Shown here: piece by piece, positions 13,218 through 25,426 of the stretch | How the letters are laid out: every line of letters starts with the position of its first letter | How positions within the stretch are numbered: the first letter of the stretch is position 1 | NCBI GenBank assembly: GCA_964016885.1 | Contig: OZ024743.1 | Coordinates: 229,524,001 to 229,588,000, forward strand | Direction of reading: 5' to 3' | Origin: Eledone cirrhosa | Lineage: Eukaryota | DNA: 64,000 nucleotides | Made by a program: the position numbers and the translations under genes | The notes under the pieces: model-generated | What the model was told of the DNA's origin: nothing | What the model saw: the letters and a program-made list of their open reading frames with translations, nothing else | Database searches by the model: none

Positions 13218-13829
13218 CATACATATATACATACATACACACCCATGCATACACACATATATGTATACGCACACACACACATATATATATATATTTATAT
13301 ATATATACACACATATATAAAACAATGTGTATGCGTATATATACACATACACATTGTTTTACTTATTGATGTTCAAGTTTGTTATATATGTATATCAACC
13401 CATTGACGGGAAATGTGAAACGAAAGTCTAAGCGATGTCTGCACAGTTATTCCTGTTCATTTAAGCATTAAGTAATATAATTAATACTCTACGTACTCTG
13501 AAACTCTTTCGATTGATTGCACTTTGTCGTGTAGCTTGTGTGATTACTATTGTATTTCGATATGTGTGTTTATCTTAGTCTTGAATTGTGTTATACTTAC
13601 CGCTCCATAATTAAACATCTATTGTGAGTAATTCTGTATAATATGTATATATTGCTTGTTAGTATTTTCCTATCCATCTTTGTTTTGTAGTCCCGGTGTA
13701 GTGTGTTGTATTTTCTCCTTGTTATATATGTTGAGCCTTCGAGAAAGTATTATACTCGTATGCTCAATGTAGTAGTTGATTTCACGAATTTTACAACTTT
13801 CGTATTTGGAATCAACATTCTAAATGCCG

Positions 13830-14382
13830 TTGGTCATACCAGATATCATTGTAAAAGTCCAACATAGCAAGGTCTGTTTAGTGCTTGATATGAGCATCCC
13901 CTGTGATCACAATATCGCGTCAAAAGAATTCGACAAGCTAAGAAATTATATAGGTCTGCTTATTGAAATCGAAAAAATGTGGGAACGCAAGGCTGTTACA
14001 ATACCAGTGATTGTGGGCGCAGGAGGAATGATCAAGAAAGGAACAGAACATTATTTGCGAATGATTCCTGGTTTACCCTCTCTGCAAGAGGTGTAAAAAA
14101 TTGTTTTGACTGGTACTGTTACATGTATTGAGAAGAGCAATATCTCTGTGAGAATTATATGCCCCCTCCCCTGTGTGGATGTGTGTTTGAGTGTGTGTGT
14201 GAATACAGCACTATCTCTGTAAGAATGATATCTCTCGGTATGAATGATAATCTGTAAATTATATTCAATGAGGTGTGTTAACTGGGTTACCAAAGTACAC
14301 AGTGACTTTATTTGCCCTAGGTGTCAGGATAACACTCGGCATATATCAGAAACAATACTGAAGGAAAAGGAAAAACAACAAC
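13830..14382 (+). mobile_element. REL-endonuclease non-LTR retrotransposon (R4/Dong-like) 3' fragment 1
   Basis: PDIIVK..LDMSIPCD.N...KE..K...Y..L..EIEKMW..IPVIVGA.G, then 3'UTR and (AAT)n. Same family as 26336-27071. Confidence 0.85.
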
Positions 14383-14397
14383 AATGATAATAATAAT

Positions 14398-14513
14398 TGT
14401 TTTTACTTTTGGCACAAGGCCAACAATTACCCAGTACATTACTGGTACTTTATTTTATCGACCCCGTAAGGATGAAGGGCAAAGTTAACCTCGACGGGAT
14501 TTGAACTCAGACC

Positions 14514-14516
<3 letters not shown>
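14398..14516 (-). mobile_element. tRNA-derived SINE, 5'-truncated
   Basis: B-box GAGTTCAAATCCC, central CTTCATCCTTACGGGGTCGATAAAATAAAGTACC, tail GGCCTTGTGCC..(ATT)n. Confidence 0.8.
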
Positions 14517-14576
<60 letters not shown>

Positions 14577-14819
14577 TTTTCTTTATTAACCACAAGGGCT
14601 TACATAAAGTAGACATTAAGGACAGTACAGGACAATACAGGACGGTACAAATGGGCATTTCTGCGTGTAAAAAAAACAGAGGATGTAATAAAATAACAAA
14701 GAAAGATTCCCCAATAGGGGGGAGACTTCCGAGGGACATTTCTGGAGAAAGCCCATTAAAAGACCACAGTGACCCTGACCACCAGGGCAAGTGCCCTCTC
14801 ATAGTTTTCCACCTTTAAT

Positions 14820-16527
14820 TTACAGACACATACTCAGAGTAGGCCCATTCACTCGGGCCATAATTGCCTCTCTCATCCATCTTTCAACAAAATGCTGGAA
14901 AGAGAGCACTTCCCTCTCTACCCTGATTTTCCTTTTCTAATGAACTCTGTGTTTAGCAGAGTTATGGGTCTAAAATTATCTATGTTATCCCCCTTGTTCG
15001 GATCCTTTCTCAGCAGTGCCACCGCTCCTCGGCTCACAGAGCTGGTAATTCTCCCGTTCTCTTGCCAGTTGCAGTAGACGTCCGCCAAGAGGCCTCCGAA
15101 CAAGTCTGGCATCTGTACGTAAAGTTCATAGGGCAGACCATCCAAACCAGGCGATTTACCCCTTGTGCAGCCAGTCATTGCCTCCCGTACTTCAGCGACT
15201 GTTATCGGCTTTTCGCAACACTCCGCCTCAGTGGCTGAGAGCCGCGGCAGTCCGTCGAGGTAGACACTAAAGTCCATCCCTCGATCCGGCCCGCCGCTGC
15301 CCCCGAACAGCCTGCGAAGTGTCCCTAAAATGCTTCACACATTTGCCCGGGATCGAGTAGCATGCGCCCGTCGTGGTCCACCAAAGACCGGATCGTGGCT
15401 TTGTTGCCACGACGCGCCTCCGCCACTCGGGCCCATTGAACGGCTTTCGTCCTCTCGTGTCTGAGAGCACGCACCCTAGCTCTGACAACGCAGCCTTCGT
15501 GCTTTGCATTGAAGAATTGGTCAAGAGCCAATTTCGCCGCAAGTACGTCGGTCGCGATGACTTTGTTAAGCGCCTCGTCTAATTTTCTAACTAGTTCTCC
15601 CTCTGCTCTATTTTCTCTATTGCTAAAGCCTTACTAAACCTAATGGATTCCATTCTAATCGCTTATTTCAGAGCAAACCACCACTTTTTGTTGACGATGG
15701 CCCCTGTAAACGCCCGCTTAACTAGTTCGCTAATCCGGTCTCTGTAGGCCTTGCTCGCTGGTAAGGACGCGTTTAGCTTCCAGTAGCCGGGTCCTCGTCT
15801 ATGAAGCCTATCTAAGTCAGTCACACAGATCACGAATTTGTGGTCCGTGTAGCTGACTATCTTGAATTGTGGACAGCCTATGCTAGACCTATCTATTTCC
15901 CTACAAAATACTCTATCTAGATATGATCTGGATGACTCTATGCGATTTGTCCAAGTCCACATTGGTACATTCGGGAAATCCAATCGGTACCTGTCAGACA
16001 GTTCAAAACGCCTGAGCAGGTTGGTCAGGCTCTTGCACCATCCACCCCTATCCGCTAATCCCACACAGTTCCAGCGTGCATCTAAGATCCCGTTCCAGTC
16101 GCCCACTAACACTAAAGAGCGGGACGTTCCAAGAAAGGTCTCTAGACGCCGGAAGAAATGAGGCCGCCCTGCTCCTGTCGGGGCATAGACGGCCACTAGC
16201 CTGAAAGCTTGCCCGTCTCCGCTGGTCACGTCCAGCACCACCAACTTACACTCTGGGTCCAGGAAGATGGCCCGTATGGCGAGATCCAAACCTCTCCGAA
16301 AAAGCACAGCAACTCCCCCCCCCCCCCACCGATCCAGGACGGCTGGGAGATGAGTACACATCGTAGCCGCCGAAGATCGGTGCGAAGGCCCGTGCTTCGG
16401 AGATTCTGGTCTCTCTGATGGCCACTACATCTATGTTTAGTGACCTGAGGTCGTTAAGCAGGTGACCCTGCTTCCATGACGACCCCAAGCCACGCGCATT
16501 TATGCTGCCTATTCTGAGTGAGGTCAT
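14820..16527 (-). pseudogene. Copy A ORF2 remnant (APE endonuclease, RT core deleted)
   Basis: MTSLRIGSINARGL..YAPT..GDWN..TDH..PGLDG..RPITLLNTEF joined directly to the last codons of ORF2. Several frameshifts. Confidence 0.9.
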
Positions 16528-16562
16528 GTTTAAAATAGAGTGGAATAGATGTGAAAGACCAC

Positions 16563-18197
16563 TTACCTTACTTTTCATAGAGGAAGGATGGTTTTTCCAC
16601 CCCCTTTCACTTGATCGTCTGGTGAAGGGACCGTTGAATCGTCCCTTCGGCTGGTCGTCGGCTCTTCTATGAGTATGTCCGAATATACTCTCCGGTTGAG
16701 AGTCCCTCCTAGGTCTCTGAAATCACCAACTGCGTTGGGGAATTTCGTTTTAATGTTTGTGCATTGTTTCTGTGTATTTTTAGCAGTCTTATGTTAGTTG
16801 GCGTTTTGATTGGTGCTGGAATTTGATAGTCGTGCTGTAAAATGTCTGTGAGTTCAATTATGGAAGTCATTAGTTTCTTGTTGTGTGTATTTATTGCCGT
16901 GCATTTGTTTTTCTGGGGGTGGGGTGTGGTTCTGCTATTTTCTTGTCGTTGTTGCTGGGTGTGTGTGTTTTGTTGTTGTGTTTGCGATGTTGGTGCTTGT
17001 GGTGGTGGTGTTGAAGGTGTTGTTGTTGTTGTCGGTGGGGTTGTCGCCGGTGGTGATGGTGGTGCTAGTGTGGGTGGTGATGGTGTTGGTGGTGTTGCTG
17101 CTGTGAGTCTCTTTGCAGTAGCCTTTACCCTTTTTCATTTCTTTCCTCCCTTTTCGAAGGCGACGATGCGCTGCTTCTGCGTTTGTGCCTTCTTACGACC
17201 TTTTGCCAACCCTCTCTCACCTCACACTCCATGTCTGATTCTGTGAGGTCGGGGAGGGGTACCACCTCCACTCTTTCACTTATTGTTGTTGGTGATGTTT
17301 GCACTGGAGTCTCTGTTGCAGCTGCATTTGGTATTACTCTTGTTGTTGTTAATAATTCCACTGCTGCTGCTGTTTTTGATTTCCGTGGCGTGGGTATGGG
17401 TGCCACGGACCTATCGTTCCTGGTTGCCGCTTGTCCTGTTGCTGATAGCCGTGGAGCCGGTTTCGGAAGGAGGGGGATTTTCGTTGCAGAAGGCTCTGAG
17501 GTGAGTCTTCGATCCACAGCGAAAGCATTTCGGGCGTTTGCCCTCAACACTTATGGGCAGTTGAGTGCCGTTATCGAAGTCTATCACATCTGGGATAGCT
17601 TCGATGCACTCCTGGTTGGTTTGGATTAACATCTCAATGGAGGTGCCGACCCAATCTTCTATTACCTTTTTCTGTACTTGCAGTACAGTTGTTTTGTCCT
17701 CGATTCCGACGAGGACAGACGCGGCCAGCCAAGAAGGGGCCATCCCGGGGGAGGGGGGGGGGGGGGTCAGTTTGACCCTCACAATTTTTTGCCCGCAGTA
17801 GGAGGGCACCAACACCATTTCCTCGCTCCTTAGGGTCACTAAGGATTGAGCCTTTGCCTCCTGGAGTGTGGCAAAAAGCACGTCTACGGTGGCATATTTC
17901 TTGCCTCGGGTGATGTGCGTTTTCCGCTGCCACACAGACCCTAAGGCATTTTGTATTTGACCCTCTGTGGCTCTTTCAACCCTACGGGATTTTGTGCTTA
18001 CTGTACGGTACGTGACCGTACAGTGCTGTTGGGTTTCGAAACATTTTTCGGCTGCCTTGCAGATTGCTCGGTGTCCGGTTTTCGTCACCATCTTCTTCGC
18101 TTCCTCTAATTCCTCATTTGTTATGAGGATGGATCCAGGTTCTTTGCGATACCTGCAAACGAGATTGGTTTTTCTTTGCTGCTGTTGTTGTTGTTGC

Positions 18198-18228
<31 letters not shown>

Positions 18229-18570
18229 AATGCTGTTGTTGTTTATGCTGCTGCTGCTACTGTTGCGGCTGCTACTGTTGTTTTCATTGTCACTGTTGCT
18301 GCTGCTGCTGCTGTTATTACGGCTGCTACTGCTATTATTCCTGACGTCAGACGAATGAAATGGGTTTTCGTATTCCCCGCACACCTTTTTCGTCGTTGTC
18401 GTCGTCGTCGTGGAGAAATCTTGCACGCTTTCTACGTGATTTTTCTTTTCTGGAGACACATTTAAAGAAGGGAGGGAGAGAGACAATCTTCTCTCTGCTG
18501 TAGTGACGATTGAGGAAGAAGAAGACGGAATGAGTGGGAGTGACATATGAACATTTTTTTTCGTAGCCAT
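16563..18570 (-). pseudogene. Copy A ORF1 remnant (CCHC zinc knuckle)
   Basis: Split across several ORFs, contains CFRCGSKTHLRAFC, homologous to 31776-33875. Confidence 0.88.
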
Positions 18571-19063
18571 GTTTTTTTTTTTGTTTAAAATAAATATTGG
18601 GCACAAAATCCCAATAAGCGGTTATTTAACCCCGAAGGGCCAAATAACGGGCAGAAAAACCCCTCTCACGAGGAGGAGTGTGTTTTTGTCTACAAGTTGG
18701 TTAAAGTTTTAAACAATTTACAATTGTTATAGCGGTCAAAATTTACAATACCTTACAGAGCCGAGCCTCCGAAAACCATAGCATTCAATAATAATAATAA
18801 TAATGATTTCATTTATTGGCCACAAGGGCCGACATATAGGGGACAACACAATAGACAGGGACAGTGGGGGTTTACATAGAGATCGAGTAAGTATAAATAA
18901 CAAAAAAACAAAAACAAAATAACAATAAAAATACAACAATGAAAGTTCCCCAATAAGAGGGATCACCACCCAGGGTTGACTCAAGCACCCCACCAGTCCT
19001 GAGCCACCCGACGCTCCTAGGGCACCCGGGAAGGGCACCCCTCTCCTTCTCGAATTCACCAGC

Positions 19064-22000
19064 CTACAGGCGCATGATCAGAGTAGGCCCACTCACGCGG
19101 GCCATTCTCGCCACATTCACCCACCTTTCAGTAAATGTACTGGGGGGCAGCACTTCTCTCTCCACCCTCACCTTCCTTTCCAAGTGAAACTTGAAGAAGT
19201 TGATGAGGGATTGGCCGAAGAGAAAAGTGTCTGTCTTCAGTCCTTTCAACCTGGTCCACCATGCAACCTCTTTCGCTACTGCCACCAGGCAGAGGAAAAT
19301 TGCCTGCCCTTCCTGACCAAAAGAAGGCGGCGGGTCAATCTTCACTATGGACTCGGACGATAGCCGGATCCGTTCTACACGCGACAATAGCTGTTCGACA
19401 TAACCCCACAAGTCAGCAATGCACGGACACTGGACGAGTGCGTGCAGAACGGTTTCGTCGCTCTGCGCGCATCTCGGGCAGGTTCGTCTGACAGCACTTC
19501 CGTGCCTGTAGAGTTTATCCCGAACCGGCAGCGCCCCCCGGTAGCACTGCCAAGCGAGGGATTTCTGGAAGTTATCCATCGTCCCCGGCTCGAAAGTCCT
19601 CCGGAACATACTGGTCAGTTCTACTTCGTTGACGCCCAGAGCCTCTCCTAGTACGTCATCGCACTTGCCCTCCACTAATCCTCTATAGAAATCTTGAGTG
19701 GAAGTTCCACTGACCGCATTGCCCACCTTGCAGAGTGCAGTGAGCGCCTGGCAACATTCCAGATGCCAGTCGCCCAGTCTCGGTCTCTTCTTGACCCAGG
19801 ACTGCAGCTCAGTCAAAGAGATGAGCTGCGGAAAGGCCCGTCTAACAAACGGCGACCACACCTGTTCACCGTTTAGGCAAAATATCTGGAGATGTCGCAG
19901 CCTCAGCGCATGTCTGCGCATCATTAGCCACGGCATGCCCAGCCCTCCACGAAGAGGGTGCTGGCAGCAGATGGACCGCCTCACCAACGGGACCCGTCCC
20001 CTCCACAAAAATTTGAAAAGGAGCCGTTCCAAATTGGCGAGGCGTGGACGGGGGCAAGGCACGACGGTCAGGCGGTAGTAGATGACGGACGCGATGTACG
20101 CGTTCGCCACCTCCGCCCGCCCTTTCAGTGATAGCTTTCTCTCAGCCCATTTCTGGGTGAGGTTGGCTATCCTGCTCGTCACCTCGTCCCAATTCTTATC
20201 CACCTGGAGGTCTGGTCCGAACCAAACCCCGAGCAACTTTACCGGTCCGTCTGTCCAGCGCCCAACGACGCTGTTGGACGGCATGGACTTGCCTCTCCAG
20301 GTGCCGAGCTGCAAGCCCACCGACTTTTCCGGGTTAAGTTTTGCTCCCGTCAACCTTTCATATTCCTCCAAATGGGTGCGGATCACCTCGATTTCCGAGG
20401 TGTCCGACACCATCACGGTGATGTCGTCCGCATAAGCGGACGCAGCCTTTCTACGTCCCGGTTCGAGCGGGATGCCCTGCAACAACTCCAGCTTCCGCAG
20501 TAGAGGCTCAAGAGTCAATACGTACAGAAGTGAGGAGAGAGGGCACCCTTGACGGACCGATCGAGAGATCTGAAACGGTTCCGAGAGGTGGCCATTAACT
20601 TTGACCACCGAGCGGATGCCGCTGTACATTGCAGCGATCCAGCTTCTGAAGACGGGGCCGAAGCCAGCCGCCTCGAGGACAGCCTCCAAGTACCGATGGT
20701 CGACCCTATCGAATGCTTTCGATTGATCTAAATTGATCAGAGCCCCACCGAAGCCAGGTTTGCACCCAACCCTCTCTATGATGTATCGCATGAGGTGGAG
20801 GTTGTCGTGTATGGACCTGGTCGGGATTGCGCAAGTTTGCGCCTCCCCAACCAAATCTTTGACGACAAGCGCCAACCTTTTCGCTAACACCTTGGCCAAA
20901 ATCTTAAACTCTGTGTTGAGCAGGGTTATGGGCCTGAAATTATCTAGTGTGTCCCTCTTGTTCTCGTCTTTCCTTATCAGCGTCACTACGCCACGGCTCA
21001 CAGAACTGGGAATGCTCCCGTTCTGCTGCCAGTTGCAGTAGAGCGCTTCGAGGAGATCGGAGAACAAGTCTGGCATATTTACGTAAAGCTCGTAGGGCAG
21101 ACCATCCAAACCGGGTGACTTGCGACTCGAGCAGCCGACAAGGGCGTCCTGAATTTCGGCTGATGTTATCGGCTCTTCGCAGCGCTCAGCGTTGGCCGTC
21201 GAGAGGCGTGGCAAGCCGTCGAGGTAGGGACTGAAGTCCGCCGCCGTCTCCGACTCACCCATCCTCCCGAACAATCGAGCAAAGTGCTGGCGAAAGGCCT
21301 CACACATCTGCTTGGAATCGCTCAGTTCGTGTCCATCTCGATCCGTCAAAGACCGAATTGTGGTTTTATTTCCACGCTGCGTCTCTGCAAAGCGAGCCCA
21401 TCGGGCAGCTTTGGTTCCCTCGTTCCTCAGAGCACGCGCCTTAGCTCTGACAATGCAACCTTCGTGTTTCGCATTGAAGAAATGGTCTAGTGCCATTCTC
21501 GCCGCTAGCACGTCTGTTGCAATGCCACTACAAATAGCCTCGTCTAACTTAGCTATCAGCCCCTCCTCCTTTCTATTTTTCTCTATTGCTACTTCTTTGC
21601 TAAATCCTATCGAGGTTGCTCTAATCTCTCTTTTGAGTGCCCCCCACCACCTGTTGTTGACAACCCCCCCTGTCAACTTTTGCTTAACTAAGTTGTTGAC
21701 CCGGTCCCTGTAAGCTTTACGTGCCGGAAACGACATGTTTAGCTTCCAGTAGCTAGGTCCTAACCTACGTGTCTTATCTAGGTCGACCATACAGATCACA
21801 AGCTTGTGATCTGAATAGGCAACCGTTTTAAAATGTGGACATCCTACACTATTTCTATCTCTTTTCCTAATGAAAATCCTATCTATGTACGATCTAGATG
21901 ACCCTATGCGATTGGTCCAGGTCCATACTGGCGCATTAGGGAAATCTAGTCGGTACCTGTCAGACAGTTGAAACTGGCTGATCAGGTACTTGAGGCTTTT

Positions 22001-22483
22001 GCACCCCCCGCTCCTATCAGATACTCCCACACAATCCCAGCGTGCTTCTAAGATGCCATTCCAATCCCCTATTAACAGTAAAGGGCGAGACGTAAGCAGA
22101 AAGTTTTCCAGGCGCCTAAAGAAGTCCGGCCGACCGGCCCCAGTAGGGGCGTAGACGGCCACCAGTCTAAAGGCACCACCTTCGCTATTGCTCACGTCCA
22201 GGACCACCAACTTTCCGTCAGGATCCCGGAAGATTGACCTTACCTCGAGATCCAGACATTTCCTAAACAGCACAGCCACTCCACCTCCCATTCCCGGCCG
22301 ACTAACAGATGCAAAGATCTGATAATCGTCGAAAATCGGCGCCAGTGCGCGTGTGTCGGAAATTCTGGTCTCGCTGATGGCAATTACATCCATTCCTAGT
22401 GACCTGAGGTCGTTGAGCAAGTGACCTTGCTTCCAGGGCGACCCCAGGCCACGAACATTTAAACTTCCTACTCTTATGGCCAT
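19064..22483 (-). CDS. LINE ORF2: APE endonuclease + reverse transcriptase + C-terminal zinc finger (1139 aa)
   Basis: GSLNVRGL, ISET, YAP, GDWN, IDR..SDH, YWKLN, PGLDG, RPITLLN, LDQSKAFDRVDH, RQGCPLS, YADD, CPRC..ETVLHALVQC. Confidence 0.97.
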   Translation of the reverse strand: MAIRVGSLNVRGLGSPWKQGHLLNDLRSLGMDVIAISETRISDTRALAPIFDDYQIFASVSRPGMGGGVAVLFRKCLDLEVRSIFRDPDGKLVVLDVSNSEGGAFRLVAVYAPTGAGRPDFFRRLENFLLTSRPLLLIGDWNGILEARWDCVGVSDRSGGCKSLKYLISQFQLSDRYRLDFPNAPVWTWTNRIGSSRSYIDRIFIRKRDRNSVGCPHFKTVAYSDHKLVICMVDLDKTRRLGPSYWKLNMSFPARKAYRDRVNNLVKQKLTGGVVNNRWWGALKREIRATSIGFSKEVAIEKNRKEEGLIAKLDEAICSGIATDVLAARMALDHFFNAKHEGCIVRAKARALRNEGTKAARWARFAETQRGNKTTIRSLTDRDGHELSDSKQMCEAFRQHFARLFGRMGESETAADFSPYLDGLPRLSTANAERCEEPITSAEIQDALVGCSSRKSPGLDGLPYELYVNMPDLFSDLLEALYCNWQQNGSIPSSVSRGVVTLIRKDENKRDTLDNFRPITLLNTEFKILAKVLAKRLALVVKDLVGEAQTCAIPTRSIHDNLHLMRYIIERVGCKPGFGGALINLDQSKAFDRVDHRYLEAVLEAAGFGPVFRSWIAAMYSGIRSVVKVNGHLSEPFQISRSVRQGCPLSSLLYVLTLEPLLRKLELLQGIPLEPGRRKAASAYADDITVMVSDTSEIEVIRTHLEEYERLTGAKLNPEKSVGLQLGTWRGKSMPSNSVVGRWTDGPVKLLGVWFGPDLQVDKNWDEVTSRIANLTQKWAERKLSLKGRAEVANAYIASVIYYRLTVVPCPRPRLANLERLLFKFLWRGRVPLVRRSICCQHPLRGGLGMPWLMMRRHALRLRHLQIFCLNGEQVWSPFVRRAFPQLISLTELQSWVKKRPRLGDWHLECCQALTALCKVGNAVSGTSTQDFYRGLVEGKCDDVLGEALGVNEVELTSMFRRTFEPGTMDNFQKSLAWQCYRGALPVRDKLYRHGSAVRRTCPRCAQSDETVLHALVQCPCIADLWGYVEQLLSRVERIRLSSESIVKIDPPPSFGQEGQAIFLCLVAVAKEVAWWTRLKGLKTDTFLFGQSLINFFKFHLERKVRVEREVLPPSTFTERWVNVARMARVSGPTLIMRL

Positions 22484-22512
22484 GCTGGCAGGATGAATGG
22501 GAGAGGAAAGGT

Positions 22513-24423
22513 TTACTTACCTTCCGGGGTCTTGTGAAGGTCGGGTGGTTCGACCTCCATGGTTTGTGGGGTTTCTTTTGGGAACCCCTTTAATAGTCTT
22601 GACGTGGGTTTTACGTTCGGGGTTCCCACATCCCGAGGAAAGCTCTTTCGAATTTCTTTGTATGAAGCGAGCGACATTCGCATCAGAAGCAAATTATCTG
22701 GTACGCGAAATGTGCTCGCTTCAAATGTTTCCCCGTCTTTTTCGATGTTTGTGCTTCGTGCTACATGGGCCATCAATTCCTTGTTGGCCCTTCTGGCGAG
22801 CACGAAGTTTTTAATGTTTTGTTGCTCGGGTTTTATTTGTTCGTGTGATTGTGGTGGTGATAGCTTTGTTAGTGTTGTTTCTATTGTGTCTGCGTTTGTT
22901 GTGGGTGGGGTGTCTGTAGTTTCTGATGTTTGTGTGTCTATTTGTTCTTGTGTCTGTTTAGCTTGTTTGCGTTTGGGGGATTTTGGTGGTTGTGTTGGTG
23001 ATGCTGTGGGGAAAATGTTTGTGTGGGTGGTGTGTGTATTTTTTTTTGTGGGGGTGTCTGTGCTTTGTGGATTTCTTTTTTTTTTGTGTTTTGTTTTTTG
23101 TATTTTGGGGGACTTTGGTTTTCCCTCATCTTCACTGCTGGAGGATGAGGGGTCTGTGGCTGTGAGCGTGTTTGTGTCTGAGTGAGTGTTTATGTTCTTG
23201 TTCGTGTGTGTATTTTGGGGGGGAGGGGGAATGGGAGAGCTTTCCTCGTTTCCCCCCTGGGTGTGCAATTTTGGTGGTTCCATTGTTGACGGTGTTGCTG
23301 GTGGTCCTTGTCCCGGCGTCGCCAGCAGTGGAATCTTTCGACCCCTTGCGCTTTTCGGCAGTTGAGGGCAGAAGGCTCGCAAGTGTGTCGTTTCCCCACA
23401 AAGGAAACAATGCGGCCTTTTGCCCTCAGTCATTATATGCAACACCCTCCCGTTTTGGAGGCGGATGTGGTCCGGGATTGTTTTTACGTTTTCGGGTCTG
23501 ATTTGGAGCAGTATCTCCAGATCAACCCCGGACCAGTCGTCCCTGGCAGTTCTCGTTGCCTCTACCGGGACTGTATCCGTTCCTTCCACGATTACGCAAC
23601 CCAGGAGCCACCACATATCAAGTCCTGGTGGAATCCTGGGAATGCGCACACGTGCTATTCGTTTTCCCATGTGGGAGGGGTACATTATGACCTTGCTGGT
23701 TTTGCAAGGGGTCATTGAATGCTTCACAGCGAGGGCTTCAGACTTGAACAGCACCGAAACGGTGCCGTATTGCCTGCCCCTCTCTATGAAGTCTGTGTCC
23801 TCTCTGATGTATTTCAGTGCGGCTTCTATGTCAGCTTGGGCGATTATCGCTGCCCTCTTTGTCTCTACTGAGATGCATCTGAAATGCACCGTTCTTTTTT
23901 CCACTGCCTCAATGGCTTCTGCCGGGACAGTTAAGTTTGCCCAGGTCTGCTCTTGATTTATGATTTTCCAGGCCTGGGCCAACTTTTCCTCTCTGTTGGT
24001 TAAGTCGATGCTGTAGCATGGTCTCCTTTTAGCCGCTGCCACAGCAGCGAAAGTGTTCTTGTTGGTGTTGTCACTGTTGTTGTTCTTGTTGGTGTTGCTG
24101 CTGCTATTGCTGTTGTTGTTCTCCCCTGTGTCGTGGTTACCTTCTGTGCTGTTGGCCTTGTTGGTGCTGCTGCTGTCGCTACTATTACTCTCTGTGCTGT
24201 TCGTTTTGTTGGTGCTCTCGCTATTACCACCTTCTGCGCTGTTCGGCTTGTTGGTGTTGGTGTTGTCGCTGTTACCACCTTCCGCGCCGCTCGGCCCGTT
24301 GGTGCTGGCACTGTCGCTGCTCACATTCGTGCTGGTGGCTCTCCTCGCCTCACCTCTCCTCTCAACGCTCAAGTCGCCGTTGCACGACAGCAGACCCGCC
24401 TCTAGGGGGCGTGGCTCCGCCAT
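22513..24423 (-). CDS. LINE ORF1 nucleic-acid-binding protein with CCHC knuckle (636 aa)
   Basis: CFLCGETTHLRAFC, S/N-rich N-terminus, P/T/K-rich C-terminal region, lies immediately upstream of ORF2. Confidence 0.92.
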   Translation of the reverse strand: MAEPRPLEAGLLSCNGDLSVERRGEARRATSTNVSSDSASTNGPSGAEGGNSDNTNTNKPNSAEGGNSESTNKTNSTESNSSDSSSTNKANSTEGNHDTGENNNSNSSSNTNKNNNSDNTNKNTFAAVAAAKRRPCYSIDLTNREEKLAQAWKIINQEQTWANLTVPAEAIEAVEKRTVHFRCISVETKRAAIIAQADIEAALKYIREDTDFIERGRQYGTVSVLFKSEALAVKHSMTPCKTSKVIMYPSHMGKRIARVRIPRIPPGLDMWWLLGCVIVEGTDTVPVEATRTARDDWSGVDLEILLQIRPENVKTIPDHIRLQNGRVLHIMTEGKRPHCFLCGETTHLRAFCPQLPKSARGRKIPLLATPGQGPPATPSTMEPPKLHTQGGNEESSPIPPPPQNTHTNKNINTHSDTNTLTATDPSSSSSEDEGKPKSPKIQKTKHKKKRNPQSTDTPTKKNTHTTHTNIFPTASPTQPPKSPKRKQAKQTQEQIDTQTSETTDTPPTTNADTIETTLTKLSPPQSHEQIKPEQQNIKNFVLARRANKELMAHVARSTNIEKDGETFEASTFRVPDNLLLMRMSLASYKEIRKSFPRDVGTPNVKPTSRLLKGFPKETPQTMEVEPPDLHKTPEGK

Positions 24424-24656
24424 GTTTTTTTGAGAAAAAAATTATTATTTTTTTCAAAATAAAGTTCAAATATTTGGGCCAAAAGGCCCAAATATTATGA
24501 GTTATTCCTTCACAGGATACAAATTAATGTCTTATAATGCTTCAGCGGTACAAAAAATAAACAATTCTCTACAATTAATCCTCAAAAATTGCTTACTCAC
24601 GGAGCTTCAAAAAACGTACATCCACTTTCGTCAATAATAATAATAATAATAATAAT

Positions 24657-25399
24657 AAAAGGCTACAGAAGGAATGTTAATGGCTGCGCAAGAGCAGGCC
24701 CTCAAAACAAAGTGGTTGAAACACCATATTTACAAGGAGGGGGCTAGCCCACTGTGCAGGATCTGTGGAGAGAGAGAGGAGACTGTGGCTCACATTGTAT
24801 CCGAGTGTAAACACCTAGCCCAGACTCACTATAACGGCTGGCGACATGATATGATGAGCAGGGTGATCCACTGGCACCTATGCAAAGTAAACAATTTACC
24901 ACTTAGAAGTTGTATGAGCATAAGCCAGAGTCGGTGATAGAAAACGATCAGGTGAAGGTGCTGTGGGATTTTAGGATACAGACGGACAAGAAACTGGAAC
25001 ACAATAGACCTGACCTGGTGGTTTTGGACAAAGAAAAAAGATCGTGCCTGATTGTGGATGTGGCCTGCCCATTCGACACGAGAGTGCAAGAGAAGGAGAG
25101 GAGAAAATTAACCGATACCAGGACTTAAAGTGGGAGGTAATAAGGATTTGGAACTGCCATGAAGTCAAAGTGGTCCCGATTGTCATAGGCGCACAAGGTA
25201 CTATCTCAAAAAGTTTCCAGGGATGGTTAAAGAAAATTGGCCCCGCCACGCTTTTTGGAACGCTTCAAAAGGCATGCTTGCTGGGAACAGCAAGAACCCT
25301 CCGATACGTCCTGAATATCTGAGGCTGCAGGTAGTGGCTTGATATTCATTTCAACAAACTTTCCAGTTAACTAACATAAATGACTGAGACTCAAAGAAC
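24657..25399 (+). mobile_element. R4/Dong-like REL element 3' fragment 2
   Basis: TEGMLMAAQEQAL..CRICG..ETVAHIVSEC..RHD..WDFRIQTD..RPDLV..IVDVACP..YQDL..VPIVIGA. Frameshifted, with (AAT)n tail. Confidence 0.9.
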
Positions 25400-25426
25400 A
25401 ATAATAATAATAATAATAATTATAAT

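Larger units (their letters stand above)
14576..18786 (-). mobile_element. Tx1-clade LINE copy A (both ends present, frameshifted, ~1.7 kb internal deletion)
   Basis: Collinear with 28058-34088. 5' end GAATGCTATGG, 3' AATAAAGAAAAC(ATT)n. (AAT)n on both sides. Confidence 0.93.
18805..24632 (-). mobile_element. Tx1-clade LINE copy B, full length with intact ORFs
   Basis: 5'UTR starts GACGAAAGTGG after (ATT)n, then ORF1, a 29-bp spacer, ORF2, and a 3'UTR ending AATAAATGAAATC(ATT)n. Confidence 0.95.
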
